Assembly (NCBI GenBank): GCA_951406725.2
Contig: OX597833.1
Coordinates: 27,094,001-27,158,000, forward strand
DNA from: Octopus vulgaris
Lineage: Eukaryota
Length of the DNA stretch: 64,000 nucleotides
Reading direction: 5' to 3'
The notes beneath the pieces are model-generated. The model had not been told where the DNA came from. It saw nothing but the letters and a program-made list of their open reading frames with translations, and did no database searches. The translations under genes and the position numbers were made by a program. This document shows, one piece after another, positions 1 through 13,578 of this stretch (the first letter of the stretch is position 1; each line of letters starts with the position of its first letter).

Positions 1-351
1 ATAGAAAGTACTTTGTCGAGGAATAATAAGTATTATAGAATGCGTAAGCATATATCATTGAATGTACTACCTTGTTTCCCACGTGCCAAATATTCTTAGC
101 TGTGTTATATTACATGAGGCTATGTGTATGTGTATGTGCGTGTGTTTCTCTATGTGTTTATGTGTACATTCTTTTGTGTGTCTATACCAATTGGCGAAGA
201 GTGCTCGATACATATATCGATCCCTTACACACAACAAATATTCCCAAATATAACTCTGTTACACATGCTAAGTGTTCTTTCGCTCCAATGTTATCCACAT
301 TTTTCTCTATCTATTGTATGATATATATATATATATCATACAATATGTATG

Positions 352-410
<59 letters not shown>

Positions 411-414
<4 letters not shown>

Positions 415-812
415 AATACCATATTAATATGGCGATAACAATTAATTTCCAGTAAACGCTGCCATAATCTCTTTTATAGAGACTTAGTAATTTTAATATT
501 TCTATTATTGAAAACAAGTGGATGTATTCCACTGAAACTAGGTAAATATAAGCCTTCGAACAGAGACATCAGTGGCGACACCTGCGGGTCTGACTGCGCT
601 ACATTGACAAGGGTCAATACCCCCGAAACGCGTCTGTAGCTGTCGGACTGGCAGTGTGAAGCGGCTGACCTCCCTTGTTCGAAGGTTATAATGGATACAG
701 ATCGTGTATCAATAGCTATCTTGATGGCGGTGGCCTCATGGAGCTGACCATGGCAGCGATTATTCTTATATCTATAAGAATGCCATATTAATATGGCGAT
801 AACAATTAATTT
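411..812 (+). mobile_element. Retrozyme-like non-coding element A: 364-nt unit plus 38-nt terminal direct repeat, carrying a hammerhead
   Basis: 411-448 and 775-812 are a direct repeat (1 mismatch), period 364; HHR at 598-640; extensive hairpins; flanked on both sides by (TA)n. Confidence 0.75.
598..640 (+). ncRNA. Type I minimal hammerhead ribozyme, U3-A8 variant
   Basis: GCTACA-TTGACAA-GGG(loop)CCC-GAAA-CGCG-TC-TGTAGC: 6-bp helix I, helix II, palindromic helix III ACGCGT, GUC cleavage triplet. Confidence 0.8.
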
Positions 813-945
813 ATATATATATATATATATATATTAAATAATAAGGGTGAAGAAGAAAAATTGAATATTAATTTCATTAATATCAATTTAAAACCAGTGG
901 CTTAGCATATTGGAGAATCTGAAGATTCAGAAAAATTATATTACA

Positions 946-1151
946 TACATATAAGATGGGTGGCCACTAAGTAGACATCAATTATGCTAGAGATAGATCC
1001 CGAATTTTTGTATCTTTTCATTTGTCTTGCTCGCTTACGTTCTGGCGTTTGCTGAATGTTCTTGAGAACAATCTTTTCTTAGTGGTCAGACCATATGGAG
1101 TCTACCTCTAGCATAATGGATGTCCACTTAGTGGTCATCCTCTTATATGTA
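946..1151. repeat. Imperfect inverted repeat (~52-bp arms)
   Basis: 946-997 is the reverse complement of 1101-1151 with a few mismatches. Confidence 0.7.
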
Positions 1152-1281
1152 TATATATATATATATATGGATGTATGTATGTATATATGTATGTATGCAT
1201 GTATGTATATATGTATATATGCATGTATGTATGTATATGTATGTATATACATATATATATATGTGTGTGTATATATATATA

Positions 1282-1398
<117 letters not shown>

Positions 1399-1431
1399 GC
1401 TTATTTTATACTTTGATTATCTCTTAGGTTT

Positions 1432-1661
1432 TACATTTTTTGTCATTACACCGTTGCTATGATGGGGCACCGCCTTCAAAATTATTTAGTCTAATGAATC
1501 TACCCCAGAACTTATTATCTTAAGCATAGTACTTGCTTTATCGATGACTTTTGCCGAACCACTAGGTTACAGGAACGTAAACACATCAATACCGGTTGAC
1601 AAGTGGTGGTGGAGACAAACACAGACACAAAGACATACACACATAGTGTTATATATATATG

Positions 1662-1724
<63 letters not shown>

Positions 1725-1877
1725 GATGGGCTTCTTTCAGTTTCCGTCTACCAAAACCACTCACAAGGCTTTGATTAGCTCGAGGCTATAGCAGAAGATA
1801 CATGCCGAAGGTGCCAAGCAGTGGAACTGAACCCGGAACCATGGAGTTGGAAAGCAGGCTTCTTGACACACAACCAA
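1432..1877 (-). mobile_element. Bipartite tRNA-derived SINE with internal microsatellite
   Basis: Reverse complement matches the copy at 39434-39867 (GGTTCCGGGTTCAGTTCCAC head, CCTTGTGAGTGG, GGCGGTGCCCCA tail). Confidence 0.75.
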
Positions 1878-2654
1878 AACTTTTTGACAGGTTGGGTCAA
1901 AAATAAATGTTGACTATTCAATAGTTGTTTAATAAAGTGAAGACATGATTGATAATATTGTACCTCAGACTGGATGAAAATAAGAAATAAATATTGCTGT
2001 TACGAAATCTACTATGCGTTTTTACACAAACTAAACTATCCATTTTGATCGCATTGTAACAAATTATGAAAATTGATTTCTCCATGCTGCAATTATAGCG
2101 GAAAAAAGATTATTATTTTTGTTGATTGGTAATCGTCACGCAGAATTATTCACTGCTATTTCTCGAATGCTGGTGAAATCATCAGAGTGTAAGGATCTCT
2201 ACAAAATACACCAATAGCTACAACATTCACATCCAGCAAGGGTCAACCGAATGGGACTTATTCATATTGGAGAACTGGTCCTGTTCAAAAATGCCCTCAA
2301 AATAACTCTGAAGAAACGAACGAACTCGACTACGAAACACGACTTCATGCTTATTTCACAGAACTCTTTTTGATCCATTACTATTATTGTAAACATCATG
2401 ATAAATTTATGCGGGAGAGAGCCCATGTAAAAATTTCTTAACTCCTGGATTCCAGAATTCTAAATCACTAAATAAGTTTGTTTCATGCTGTCAAAAATGT
2501 GGTAATTACTACGATTAGTTAAATTTATCCTGAGCTGAATTATAATTAACTGCTTTGAAGATAATTATTAAAAAGCAGCTATTTTTGCACCAACTTGATG
2601 TGTGTGTGTGTGTGTGTGTGCATGTGTATGTGTGTGTGTGTATTTGTAACATAT

Positions 2655-2892
2655 TGGTTTCAAATTTTGGCACAACACCAAAAATTTCGGGGGAGCGAGT
2701 AAGTCGGTTACATCGAAACCAATGTTCAACTGCTACTTATTTTACCGACCCTGAAAGGATGACAGGCAAAGACGACACCGGCGGTACTTGAACTCGTAAG
2801 GTAAAGTTGGAAGAAATGTTGCTAATCATGTTTTTTTTTTTCCGGAGCAGAAAAAGTAGTTGCTTATTATTATTCTGCCAGCTCGCCGCCTT
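2655..2892 (-). mobile_element. Nin-domain-type SINE
   Basis: Shares GCCTTTCATCCTTTCGGGGTCGATAAAATAAGTACCAG-like core with copies at 27633, 28601 and 52606. Confidence 0.65.
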
Positions 2893-3774
2893 ATAGGAGT
2901 GCAACATATTGCCAAATGACACTTCATGACAAAACCCGAAAACCAGTAATTTGTGAATCCTTTATTTCAATTTTCTATAGCGATAGTGCTATTTAATATT
3001 ATTCATTTATAAAGATCTTTACTGTTATAGTCGACCTACGTCAATCAATTGAATGTAAAGACCTCGCTGTGTCTCGTTAGTTGTTTAGTTTTGTATTTTT
3101 CCATTGTCCTTCCCTAAACAACATGAGTCTTTTGGATAATAAAATTAATTAATATCAAAGTCATTAACTGTGTTGTCACTAATTTTATTTTTGTTGCGTG
3201 CTGTCAATGCACAATTAAGCGCAATTCTGAACGCTTTGGGTATGTTCAGTGGTTTTAGCTTGTATTGAAAATATTCTATATACTGCGTATGCTTTTGTTC
3301 TGCTTATTTGTAACTCCTCTGATTTTGGTAATGTATTTGTATGAATGTTTTTTAATCATTCTCAAGGCTATTTCCGTTTTCAGTTCCTACAATGCAGTTA
3401 TCAGTTTTCAGATCTTTATATCTGGATAATTTTGTTTAGAGATACATAATCACTTGGAACTCTTATGTCGATTTGGAAGCGTTTAATATTCTGGTTGTCC
3501 TTAACAACAGTATCTGATTAATATGCCTTTTTGTCTTTGTCAATGGAGATTGGCGTTGTCCAAAGTATAGTCGCTTCGCCATTCCCTAAGAACTTTCTCG
3601 GTCTATGTCTATAGCATCTCTTGTTGGTGTCTCATAATACTGGTAAGACTCACAACGTATGAAAGATCAACATTTGTCATGCTTGTAGATGTATTCTTTC
3701 CTGGTTAAGATAAGACAATGCGATTAATTAATTCATCCTCACATTCACATATTCTACCGTTACATAATATATCT

Positions 3775-3965
3775 GGCGACAAACTGGCAGAGTCGTTGCC
3801 ACGCCAGACAAAATGCTTAGCGGCATTTCGCCCGTCTTTACGTTCTGAGATCGAAAGACGTTAAAGTTGACTTTGCCTGTCATCCGTTCTAGGTCGATAA
3901 AATAACTACCAGTCGAGCATTGGAGTCGTTGTGTTCGACTTACTTCCTCCCCTAAAATTGCTAAA
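3775..3965 (+). mobile_element. Nin-domain-type SINE
   Basis: GACTTTGCCTGTCATCCGTTCTAGGTCGATAAAATAACTACCAG core. Confidence 0.65.
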
Positions 3966-5329
3966 ATTTGAGAACAATATATTTGGTAACACTTTACAAT
4001 GGATTATTTTATCAAAAACTCTATAGTTTCAATATAAAATATTCCACTTTCGAACCACAACCATATCTCTTTGACATTTGCATCTTAATCAGTTGTTTAC
4101 ATTCTTATATTGACCATGTAAATAACTTTCCATTCGTTTGGTATCGTATATCATTTTTGAAGTGCATTTTGAGCTTCGTTTTCAGCTTTTTCCCAATTTG
4201 TTATTTTTTCTCCCTTCTCATTTCTTTCTTTCGTATCTGCTGCTTTCATTGAGAACATAAATGAGATTTTTTTTCATTTTGTTTGTCATTTGTAGAAACA
4301 TTTGTAGCTCTATAGTGGATATTTAATAATAGCTTTCTAAGAACACAAGTCTTTACTGACATATAATCATGGTGGATATAATCTTTCTATCATATTTTGG
4401 GTGGCGTATTCTAAATGCAGTCGTTATTTGGCATTTTGTTTCTGTCTGGACTTGCTTGATTATTTAGCACCTCCTTCAGAATATTAGAATTGTAACTTAT
4501 TATTGGGTCTTGTGTTTTTTATTGTTTTTTTTGTTTGTTTGGGTTTTTTTGTAACTTTTGCGCTGATCCTGTGTTGCTAAAGATTCTCAAGATTTTTCAG
4601 ATAATGTTTTTGTCTTGAACTAACTCGACCGTTGTGATTCCATCGCTGACCATACTCCTCCTCAGAATTATTCAAATTTTCTTGCCTATTGGTAACCATT
4701 TAATTTTACCGAATTTTTGATAAAAAATCACTGGTTTAAAGTCGAATTGCATGTTTTATCCATGAAATCATTGTCACTTTTCATACCGACGGAATCTTTA
4801 TGCATCTTTTGTTTAGGACGATCTTTGATGTCGCAATTTTATTTTAGCTATGACTGAAGTTTTTGTGCCTTCTTTGGTTTTTTTCATCAGCTATATCGCT
4901 TCGTTATTGACTTCATTGAAGATTGAAAGCTCTTTTATCGCTTCTATATATTCGTTTTCCATGTTGTTGGTACGAGTTTTAATATCCCTATATGACTACA
5001 TCTAAGCACACTTTTCTTTGTAACTACAGTGTCTGTTAAATGTATTTCCTTTAAAGTGATAATATTGATATTGACGCTAATCTTTTATTAAGCCTGCGAA
5101 TAGCAGCTTTGTACTTTTTACTGCTATTACTATTTCATCCTTGAATCGGGTTATTTATTGCTTCTAATTTTTTAATTACTTCTATCGTAGATTACTGTGT
5201 TCAAGGTATACACATATAGGATTTCCTATTGTTAAATCATCCTCGAATTCCTTTTTTATTTGATTTTTGCGTGTTGATTTTTTATTGTATCACGGAAATC
5301 ACGGATTCTTTCCGAGTCGAGCCGTTCTT

Positions 5330-5600
5330 CTGTGCATTGAGAAATCACAGCCCCGGTTTAAGAGGGTAATGATCAGAATGCTACAAGGAAGGATTGCGTA
5401 AGGGATTCTTCAAGCAGAGCCAACTAGCAGGAGACCAAAGGATAGAGCAAGAACAACATTTTTGGATAATATCCATAGTCTGAATTGACCACTCTTAGGA
5501 ATCCAGCCGAAAAATAATGTAACGACGGTTGCTTCCGATAGGACACGGTCGAGGAGGTGGGTGAATGATAGATCGATGGACGGCTTTTAATTGAGATTTC
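5330..5600 (+). mobile_element. RTE-clade LINE 3' fragment
   Basis: Translates with stops as ...SRRPKDRARTTFLDNIH...LGIQP...ASDRTRSR, resembling the RTE C-terminal RPxGRPRxxWxD...DRxxW motif. Confidence 0.5.
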
Positions 5601-5737
5601 TTTGGGCATTGTTCTGCAAGGGTCTTTGGATTTCGTTTTGTTGTCTTTTGTTTGTTTGCTTGCTTTGGCTTATACGCGTTAGATCGATCTTCCGACAGTA
5701 TACTTGCATTCTCGTTCTTTGTTTAGTATTCGCCAAT

Positions 5738-6119
5738 GTGGAGGCGCAATGGCCCAGTGGTTAGGGCAGCGGACTCGCGGTCGTAGGATCGCGGTTTCGA
5801 TTCCCAGACCGGGCGTTGTGAGTGTTTATTGAGCGAAAACACCTAAAGCTCCACGAGGCTCAGGCAGGGATGGTGGTGATCCCTGCTGTACTTTTTCACC
5901 ACAACTTTCTCTCACTCTTACTTCTTGTTTCTGTTGTACCTGTATTTCAAAGGGCCGGCCTTGTCACTCTCTGTGTCACGCTGAATATCCCCGAGAACTA
6001 CGGTAAGGGTACACGTGTCTGTGGAGTGCTCAGCCACTTACACGTTAATTTCACGAGCAGGCTGTTCCGTTGATCGGATCAACCGGAACCCTCGTCGTCG
6101 TAACCGACGGAGTGCTTCC
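5738..6119 (+). mobile_element. tRNA-derived SINE
   Basis: A box TGGCCCAGTGG and B-like GGTTTCGATTCC; related heads at 41418 (+) and 51885-51958 (-). Confidence 0.8.
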
Positions 6120-6914
6120 AATCGAGTATTCGTCACTTGCGTTTTCATAATACACTCCTTTTAAATATTCTAATTTGGGTTCTAATTTACTTTCTAACAT
6201 TATTAAGTTAGTTAGTTGACTGAGATGCACTGTTACGTTTATATCCAGCTGTTTACCTCCAAAAATGTAACGAGTATATGATGGTAGTTTCATTGTTTGG
6301 TTCTTACCTTTCGAATCGAATTATTCCTTTCTCTGTTATATTTGTAAGAAGTGGGGAGTAAAATCCACCCTTGTGTCTAGATTGTCATCATTTTCGTCAT
6401 ATCTTTTTCTAACGAAATTGAAGTTTACACATTACATTTTTGTGCTATTTATGCATTTAATACAAAGTACGGTCCACTCTACAATAAATTGAATGTTACG
6501 GTTTTTTCGTAGGGAATGCAATTAGTCCGTATTGATATTAGATCTACTTATATTTTGTTTATCTTTGGTGTCAAATCGTTAACCACTACCAACATATGTA
6601 GTGCATTAATTGTATGGCATATTCTGCATCTATCAATATATTTTGCACAATTATTACTGTTGCATATATTCTTCAAAGTTTTTCACATGGTGTTTTTCAA
6701 TTTGATTGGTTGATTTGTAAACGGCGTTAGATATTTTGGAGCATTCATGTAGCTTTCTGTCATGCTAAATGCCTTTCCCGATGTTTATGTTGTTGTTGTC
6801 AACCCATCAAAATCATTATTATCGTCGCCATCATCATCATCATTATCATCATCATTATCACAGTCGTCGTCGTCGTCATCATCATCATCATCATCACTAC
6901 CATTATTATCTTAA

Positions 6915-7110
6915 ACGCAGAATGTAAAGGGTTGAAGCAAAAACCTTGTGGTATTTGTTTAAACACTTTACATTTAAAATTCAAACCCTGTTAGAGTCGA
7001 GTTTGCCTTTTATCTCACTGGAACGGAAAATAAAGTAGTAGTCAAGTGCTGGGGTTCGATTTTAGCAACTAACCCCTTCCCGCAAACAACCAGACTTGTA
7101 ACTAAACCAA
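6915..7110 (+). mobile_element. Diverged Nin-domain-type SINE
   Basis: GTCGAGTTTGCCTTTTATC...AAAATAAAGTAGTAG...CTGGGGTTCGAT. Confidence 0.5.
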
Positions 7111-7128
7111 AAACCACCATTGTTGTTG

Positions 7129-7168
<40 letters not shown>

Positions 7169-7172
<4 letters not shown>

Positions 7173-7665
7173 TAGTTTTATTTTTATAGCGTGCTTTCAC
7201 TTCACTACCGAGCGCAGCTCTGTGTGCCTTAGGTATGTGCTGTGATTTGTTGTGATGCTCTGATGGTTATTGTAGGGAAAGTGTTCTGCGTAGGATGTGT
7301 GGGAATTGTTTCTGTTTTTAGATTCCACATTCTGGTTACCTCTATTTCCAGGTCTTTGTATTTTGAAAGTTTCTCCATTTCTTTTAGAGACACGTTGTCA
7401 TCTGCCGGTATTGATACATTAATTAGAAAGCATTTTTTTCTTCATGATCTCTGACAACTATATCTGGTCTGTTGGCCTTAATTTCTCTATCTGTGTGTAT
7501 CGGCATATCCCAGAGTATGGTTACTTTTTCGTTTTCTGTGACCTTTTCTGGTGTGTGCCTATACCACCTTTTTTTCTGTTGTTATTCCATAATGTTGTCA
7601 TAGCTTCCAGTGTATGTAGGTTCCAACTCTGTCATATCTGTGAATATATTCCTTCTTAGCCAGGA
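7169..7665 (-). mobile_element. R4/Dong-clade LINE 3' fragment (restriction-like endonuclease)
   Basis: Minus translation KKEYIHRYDRVGTYIHW...ILWDMPIHTDREIKANRPDIVV...SIPADDN...EKLSKYKDLEIEV; flanked by (TTA)n on both sides. Confidence 0.8.
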
Positions 7666-7697
7666 CTATTATTATTATTATTATTATTATTATTATG

Positions 7698-8050
7698 GAG
7701 TGAGAGACCAGTGCATGCCATCAAAATGACACTGGGGTAAAATATACGAAGCCCAGTATACGCATCATGACTACCCGTCTGATAAGGATACACCAGGCAC
7801 ATGCATCACAACCATATGTGCGCAGCATGGTGATCTCATATCAAGATAAACAGCGCATGACCTTGCAGGTGGGGACCAGTTAAAATTTTCTCCTGGTTGA
7901 GTAGCCCATCCTGCTCAAAAGGTCCCTGAATAAGGATTGTTTAAGGATGTTGAACGAACCACTCATGTTTCCAAAGGTGGATTTATCGAAACCTCTAAGT
8001 ATTCCTTTCAAAACACGGCTAAGATGCTCCCCCACTACTTCTGCTCCTGA
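7698..8050 (-). mobile_element. Partial copy of tRNA-Gly-headed long SINE
   Basis: High similarity to 34168-34520. Confidence 0.7.
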
Positions 8051-8138
8051 TTATTATTATTACTACTGTTATTATTATTATTATCATTATTATTATTATT
8101 ACTACTACTACTACTACTATTACTACTACTACTACTAT

Positions 8139-8210
<72 letters not shown>

Positions 8211-8248
8211 TACTACTACTATTATTATTATTATTATTATTATTATTA
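8051..8248. repeat. (TAT/TAC)n trinucleotide microsatellite
   Basis: Direct reading. Confidence 0.95.
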
Positions 8249-8783
8249 GGAGAGAGAGCAGTGCATGCCATTAAAGTGACACTGGCATACACATATACAA
8301 AACCCAATATATCCATCATGACTACCTGTCTGATAAGGGTACAAGCGGCACATACATCACAGCCATATGTGCATGACACGGTGATCTCATATCATGACAA
8401 ACAGTGCATGACCTTACAGATGGGTTCCAGCTAGAATTTCTTTTAAGTCTAGTGGCCCACCCTGCTCAAAAGGTCCCTGATAAGAGTTGTTTAAGGATAC
8501 TGAATGAAACACCAATGTTTCCAAAAGTTAATTATTCAAACCCCAAGTAATTCCTCTCAACACATGGTTATGATACTACCCCACTACTTCAGCTCGTGAA
8601 TAGAGATGCACATATTGTCAGCTACTGAGAGATATGCTCAACTGGTTAAGGTGAAACAACTGACAAACAAATGTTTGGTATTGAGCAGAATATTTGCTGC
8701 AGCCAATCTTTTATACGCAGACAAAATATGCACATAGAACTTCCAATCAGTTAAAACCAAAAGCCAAGTAAGTCAGTGCCTAG
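8249..8783 (-). mobile_element. Copy of tRNA-Gly-headed long SINE body
   Basis: Colinear with 34168-34710. Confidence 0.7.
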
Positions 8784-8804
8784 TCATTATCATTATTATT
8801 ATTA

Positions 8805-8990
8805 TTCGGTAATTTTATTTTTATAGCGTGCTTTCACTTCCGACCGCAGCTCTGTGTGCCTTGGGTATGTGCTGTGATTTGTTGTGATGCCCTGATGGTT
8901 ACTGTATTGAAAGTGTTTTGCGTAGGATGTGTGCAGTGCCCAGTAGTGCAATTTTCTTTATGTTATATATATTTATAAGTCCTTGTGCTA
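8805..8990 (-). mobile_element. R4/Dong 3' end fragment
   Basis: Near-identical to 7169-7300 (3' UTR and end of ORF). Confidence 0.7.
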
Positions 8991-10849
8991 TCCCCTATTT
9001 CAAGCTACCTACCGGTAATCTAAAATCGATTTCAGATTACCTGGTTGGGGGAAGGTAACTTGAAACCGATTTTAAATTACCCCCGTGTTGTTCACTTTAC
9101 CCCTCAATAATTTTGCTAAAATAATAAATTCTAAGACTTACAAGTCACGATATTTTTATAAACTTAAACACGGATTACATTCAAGATTATAAACTAGTCT
9201 TCAAATATGAAAATACAACAAAAATATTTGATTTTTTAAAACACTTTTATGATGCGCTGAAAAAAAAACATGTCGAAATTTCATAGATGCCGTGTTTGCA
9301 ATTTTTTAAAATAAAAACTGATTTGGATTAGAGTACTTTGTTTTCTATTGATATGTAGCAGATGGATATTGTTTATACTGGACTGAGTTGAGTTAACAGA
9401 AAGTAACGATAAGAGATTGATTTGAAGAACAATGAGTTTTATATCATTACCGATTTTTTATAGGCTTTAAATTGGTAACGAAATGTATTTATATACATTA
9501 AAACATGATCTGTGTATGAGTGTATATGCTCATATGAGGCACTGCTTATGTGGATATTATATATGTGTGTGTATGTGTGTTTGTGTCTGTGCGCGTACAT
9601 GGATTTATTTACATTTCTATGTAGGTGCTTATGTGCTTGCGCATATGTCTATGTGTCCGTATTTGTATTTATGCATGCACACATGTATTTTACTTTTACT
9701 TTTCAAATTTCTCTACAACTGAACTAGAACCTTTACGTTAACCGGAAATTGCATATATATATATATATATATGTCAAAAGGATATGTTAGAACACTATTC
9801 CACATACAAAAACAGCCATACCAACAATCCAACATACCATCATCAGCTGCCCCACGAATATCATTATAGTTTCGACACCTGGGCAGTATCATTCAATCCG
9901 GCGGTGTCAAAATAAGTGTTGTTTAAGAACAAACATACCAAAAAAAAAAAACCTTCAAACATTTACCCTATGTACAACAGTATTCACTTTAAATTAAACT
10001 ACAACAAGAAGCACATAAATCTATGTACATCTGTATCGGTATTAATAGTAAACCTACAATAACTAAATTATATACTAAATACCGACTGATCTTGAACTCT
10101 ATACAAATAACAATCCCACCAGTCTTCCATAATTATTACTATGATAAAATAAAGTGAAAGCTTTATTTTAATTCTCTCCTAAACAAAACACGATTGAATT
10201 TAATGAAAACACGATTGAATTTAATGAAAAATATAATAATCAGGAGTGAAATACATTATTTCATAATTCAAAAGTTAATAATACACTGCATACTCTTAAT
10301 ATATATTACCCTTACAAGCTATAATGTAAACTTACCAGTAACTAATAACACCATTAAATTCATTAAATAGGAACTAATAAAAGTATACATGGTTGTGTGT
10401 GTGAGTAGGTGTTTACATGCATCTGTGTGTGTGTGTCTGTGTGTGTGTGTGTGTGTGTGTGTTTCTATGCCTATATGACCATATATGTGTGCAAGTACGA
10501 ACATTTATGGTGTGTATGCATCAACATTATACCTTATTGTAGCTTTAACAGAGATGCAATAGCTGTAATGCATCAGCTGTTGTTTATCCTTATTTCTATC
10601 CTGATGAGCAGAACTATGGTCAAGGGCGTCCCAATAGTGGCCATCTGGCTTTTTTTATTATTTTGTTTACTTTTACAGCTATATAACCCAATGTTTATCT
10701 TTTTGTTTTACAGAGGCGGTTGCTATTATTGGTATATCAGAGCAACCGCATATAGAAACTCCTGCTACGTTTGGTAGTGATTCGGAGATATTATTAGTAT
10801 TGTTACAACAGCTGTAACAGCGGTACTAATAGTGATTACACAAGTAACA

Positions 10850-11031
10850 GCTATAGTAACAACAACAAGAGTAACGCAAGCAGTGATAACAAAAGCAAGA
10901 GCATGAGCAGAAGCAATAACACCAACATCAACAACAATGACAGAAACACCAGAAGCAACACGTTACATCGACCTCGAATGGAAAGGATGGCAGCGGCAGC
11001 AGCAGTAGTAGCAGTAGTAATAGTGGTGGTT

Positions 11032-11089
<58 letters not shown>

Positions 11090-11113
11090 CAGCAGCAGCA
11101 GCAGCAGCGGCAA

Positions 11114-11149
<36 letters not shown>

Positions 11150-11510
11150 CAGCAGCAGCGACAAATAAACAATAGCGACAGATGGCACACATTGCACATT
11201 GCTGCAACAACTGTATCTACTACAAATTCATCAACAACTCTAACAGTTGTAATTTCAACAAAACCAGTTACAGAGACTAAAGCTGCAGCAACAATAACAA
11301 CAACAACACCAGCAGCAGCAGCAGCGGCGGCATCTACTACAATGAAAATAACCGCATGAGAAAACAAAAGAAGACAGTGACAATGCGAACAAAAACAAAA
11401 ACTACACAAGCAACGAAATGCATAACTGGGACGGTAACCGCATGAACGGGAATGACAGTAACAACAACAATTAATACAACAACAGCAACAGCGTAAATAA
11501 TCAGCATCGA
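10850..11510. repeat. Compound trinucleotide low-complexity tract (GTA/GCA/ACA)
   Basis: Direct reading. Confidence 0.85.
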
Positions 11511-11924
11511 CAACAAGTCAATGAATGAACCTCGTTCAACCCTTAATAAACAGCAGCCAAAGATCCCTCAGTTCACACATTAAAACAGGAAGGACACATT
11601 TGAAAATGTCGTCCTTGGTATATAAAAAAAATGGTGGAGTTTTGGACACCGTTGAAAACAGAATTACCTGGTCAGAGGTGATCTAGGACTAAACAGCACT
11701 AACATCAATAACAGCAACAACGTGAGTTTCTAGAAAGCAGCTCAACCAACCAGCAAACAGCAACCAACTTCATCTTAAGTCACTTCTTAACATAAAATGT
11801 AGCAAGCACACGTTGTTTATTGTACTTGAGATATTGCTTGAAAAGATAGGATGCTCATATCTGGAGTACTCCCGTCATAAATCAACGTGGGGGTGTTGAA
11901 AAGATCCTGGCTTTGAGTAAAAGA

Positions 11925-12070
11925 AAATACAGGAGGATCAGTTAATTATAATTTTATACAATATAATCCCCTCTCAGATTCACACACTGATTGCAGCGGA
12001 CCTTCAGTTTTTCTAACTCCTGTAAAAGAACTCGGAATGTTGGGCCTCCAACCACACCATTCGCGATACC
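11925..12070 (-). mobile_element. Mariner transposase C-terminal relic
   Basis: Minus translation TGVRKLKVRCNQCVNLRGDYIV* resembles the mariner GIxxLxxRWxxCxxxxGxY terminus. Confidence 0.55.
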
Positions 12071-12454
12071 CAGAACTTTTCAGTACTCCATCGTACTTAT
12101 TTGATTTTAGCCAGAACTAAGACGAACAAGAGTCACCTTTTGTTTCTTTTGCTTGTTTTTTTCTACAACTTGACCGGAAGAAAATAGCTCATAAGTCTTG
12201 TTTATTAAATAGACTTACTGTATGGTCGCACATATGTGATGTAGTGATCTGAAACACTTTGATTGGCTGAGATAAACAAGTATCGGAGGTACCTTCAATA
12301 AATACAAACGGGCAATAGGAACAAAGCAGAAAGCTATTATTAACGGTGTCCAAACGTCTATCATTTTGGCACCTACGGTTTATCTAAATACGTAAATACA
12401 CACATACACACACATATATATGCATATATATATATATACATACATACAGAACGC

Positions 12455-12650
12455 CATGTTGGATCGTTAGCCCCTACACGCAATTTTTTTCTCTCCTTGT
12501 TTCTTTTCTGTGTATCTTTCTGTCGAAGAGCGTAGGCTCGAAACGTAAAAGACTTGTTTTATTTCTATTCCTGAGCGCCATACTAATACATTGTTTGTTT
12601 GTACTCCACCTGCCTTCGTCTTTTGTTTATTTTCGTAAACCTTCCCGTTA
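12455..12650 (+). mobile_element. Short PLE-terminal-like repeat with HHR-like motif (12515-12552)
   Basis: TCTTT-CTGTCGAA-GAGC(GTAG)GCTC-GAAAC-GTA-AAAGA; other copies at 37740-37915 (-) and 44665-44845 (+). Confidence 0.55.
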
Positions 12651-13532
12651 CATACAAACATACATACATACATGTATAAACATATACACATGTGTGTACA
12701 TGTCAGTGTATTGAATCTTTCTTATTCAAACAATCGGAGAAAGACAGCGTGACAGAATATGAGCAATGATAATCGATATTTGATTGGTTATGAAGTGAAC
12801 TCTTAGAAAATTACGCACAATTTCATCCATTCAGTTCTCGTGTGCTGAATATATTATCTTATTAATTCACGTGCAAACAAGCGGTGTTTTCATATCTTCA
12901 GTATCATATGTATAAAACCCAAATTTCTTTTTCGTCTTTCTATATAAATTGCTTTGGGCTATAGCAAATACATCATTGACAAAATATACTATTTTATGCA
13001 TTTAATTATCAGAAATTACTCAATAATTATCGATAGAAATATTTGCAAGAATTTACAAATTGGGAACTTTTATTCAAAATTACAAAATACTCGCTGACGA
13101 AACAATTCATATAGCATATGCGCATTCTAAAATAGGACAGTCGATCTTATAATTGCTAATATCACAATACTTTGACCTGCATATAATTTTGGATATTGAA
13201 ATGATCGTGTGTCTGTGAGGCTCTAGATATATATACATATGTGACTGGGAGATATCTTTAAATGGATTTTCAGTAATCTTTATATGGTTTTATTGTTATC
13301 TACCGCAGAGATTTTTCTCCGATAAATTGATATATCAAAAAGTATGATACTATTGTGAAGTTAGATATTATCGTTGTTGCACTGGCGGAGGCGTGAAAGG
13401 TTTTATGTGACTGCACCAGAAATCATTCTTCTAAATATAATGGATATGGAAATAGCGAAGACTTTGATGCAGCTGCAACCCCACTAATGCAACTTTATCG
13501 AATTAGATATCATAGATTATCTTTGCTCTACG

Positions 13533-13578
<46 letters not shown>

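Larger units (their letters stand above)
3230..6780 (-). mobile_element. Old, decayed R4/Dong-like RLE LINE interrupted by SINEs and an RTE fragment
   Basis: Minus-strand remnants RKEYIYKHDK (~3690) and LATQDQ (~4570) match the R4 fragment at 7170-7665; many stops and indels; boundaries approximate. Confidence 0.5.

Noticed and set aside
914-942. CTGAAGA-TTCA-GAAA motif
   Set aside because: No helix II, no U16.1 partner and no helix I
2100-2520. Mariner/Tc1 relic (also ~26230-26830)
   Set aside because: Only faint similarity by eye; not supportable without an alignment
9862-9900. Minus-strand HHR-like GATAC/GTGTC-GAAAC
   Set aside because: Core one base short, no helix I, helix III not palindromic
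10851-11409. Poly-A/T/V/C/Y ORFs
   Set aside because: Trinucleotide repeat tract; no domain or splice evidence
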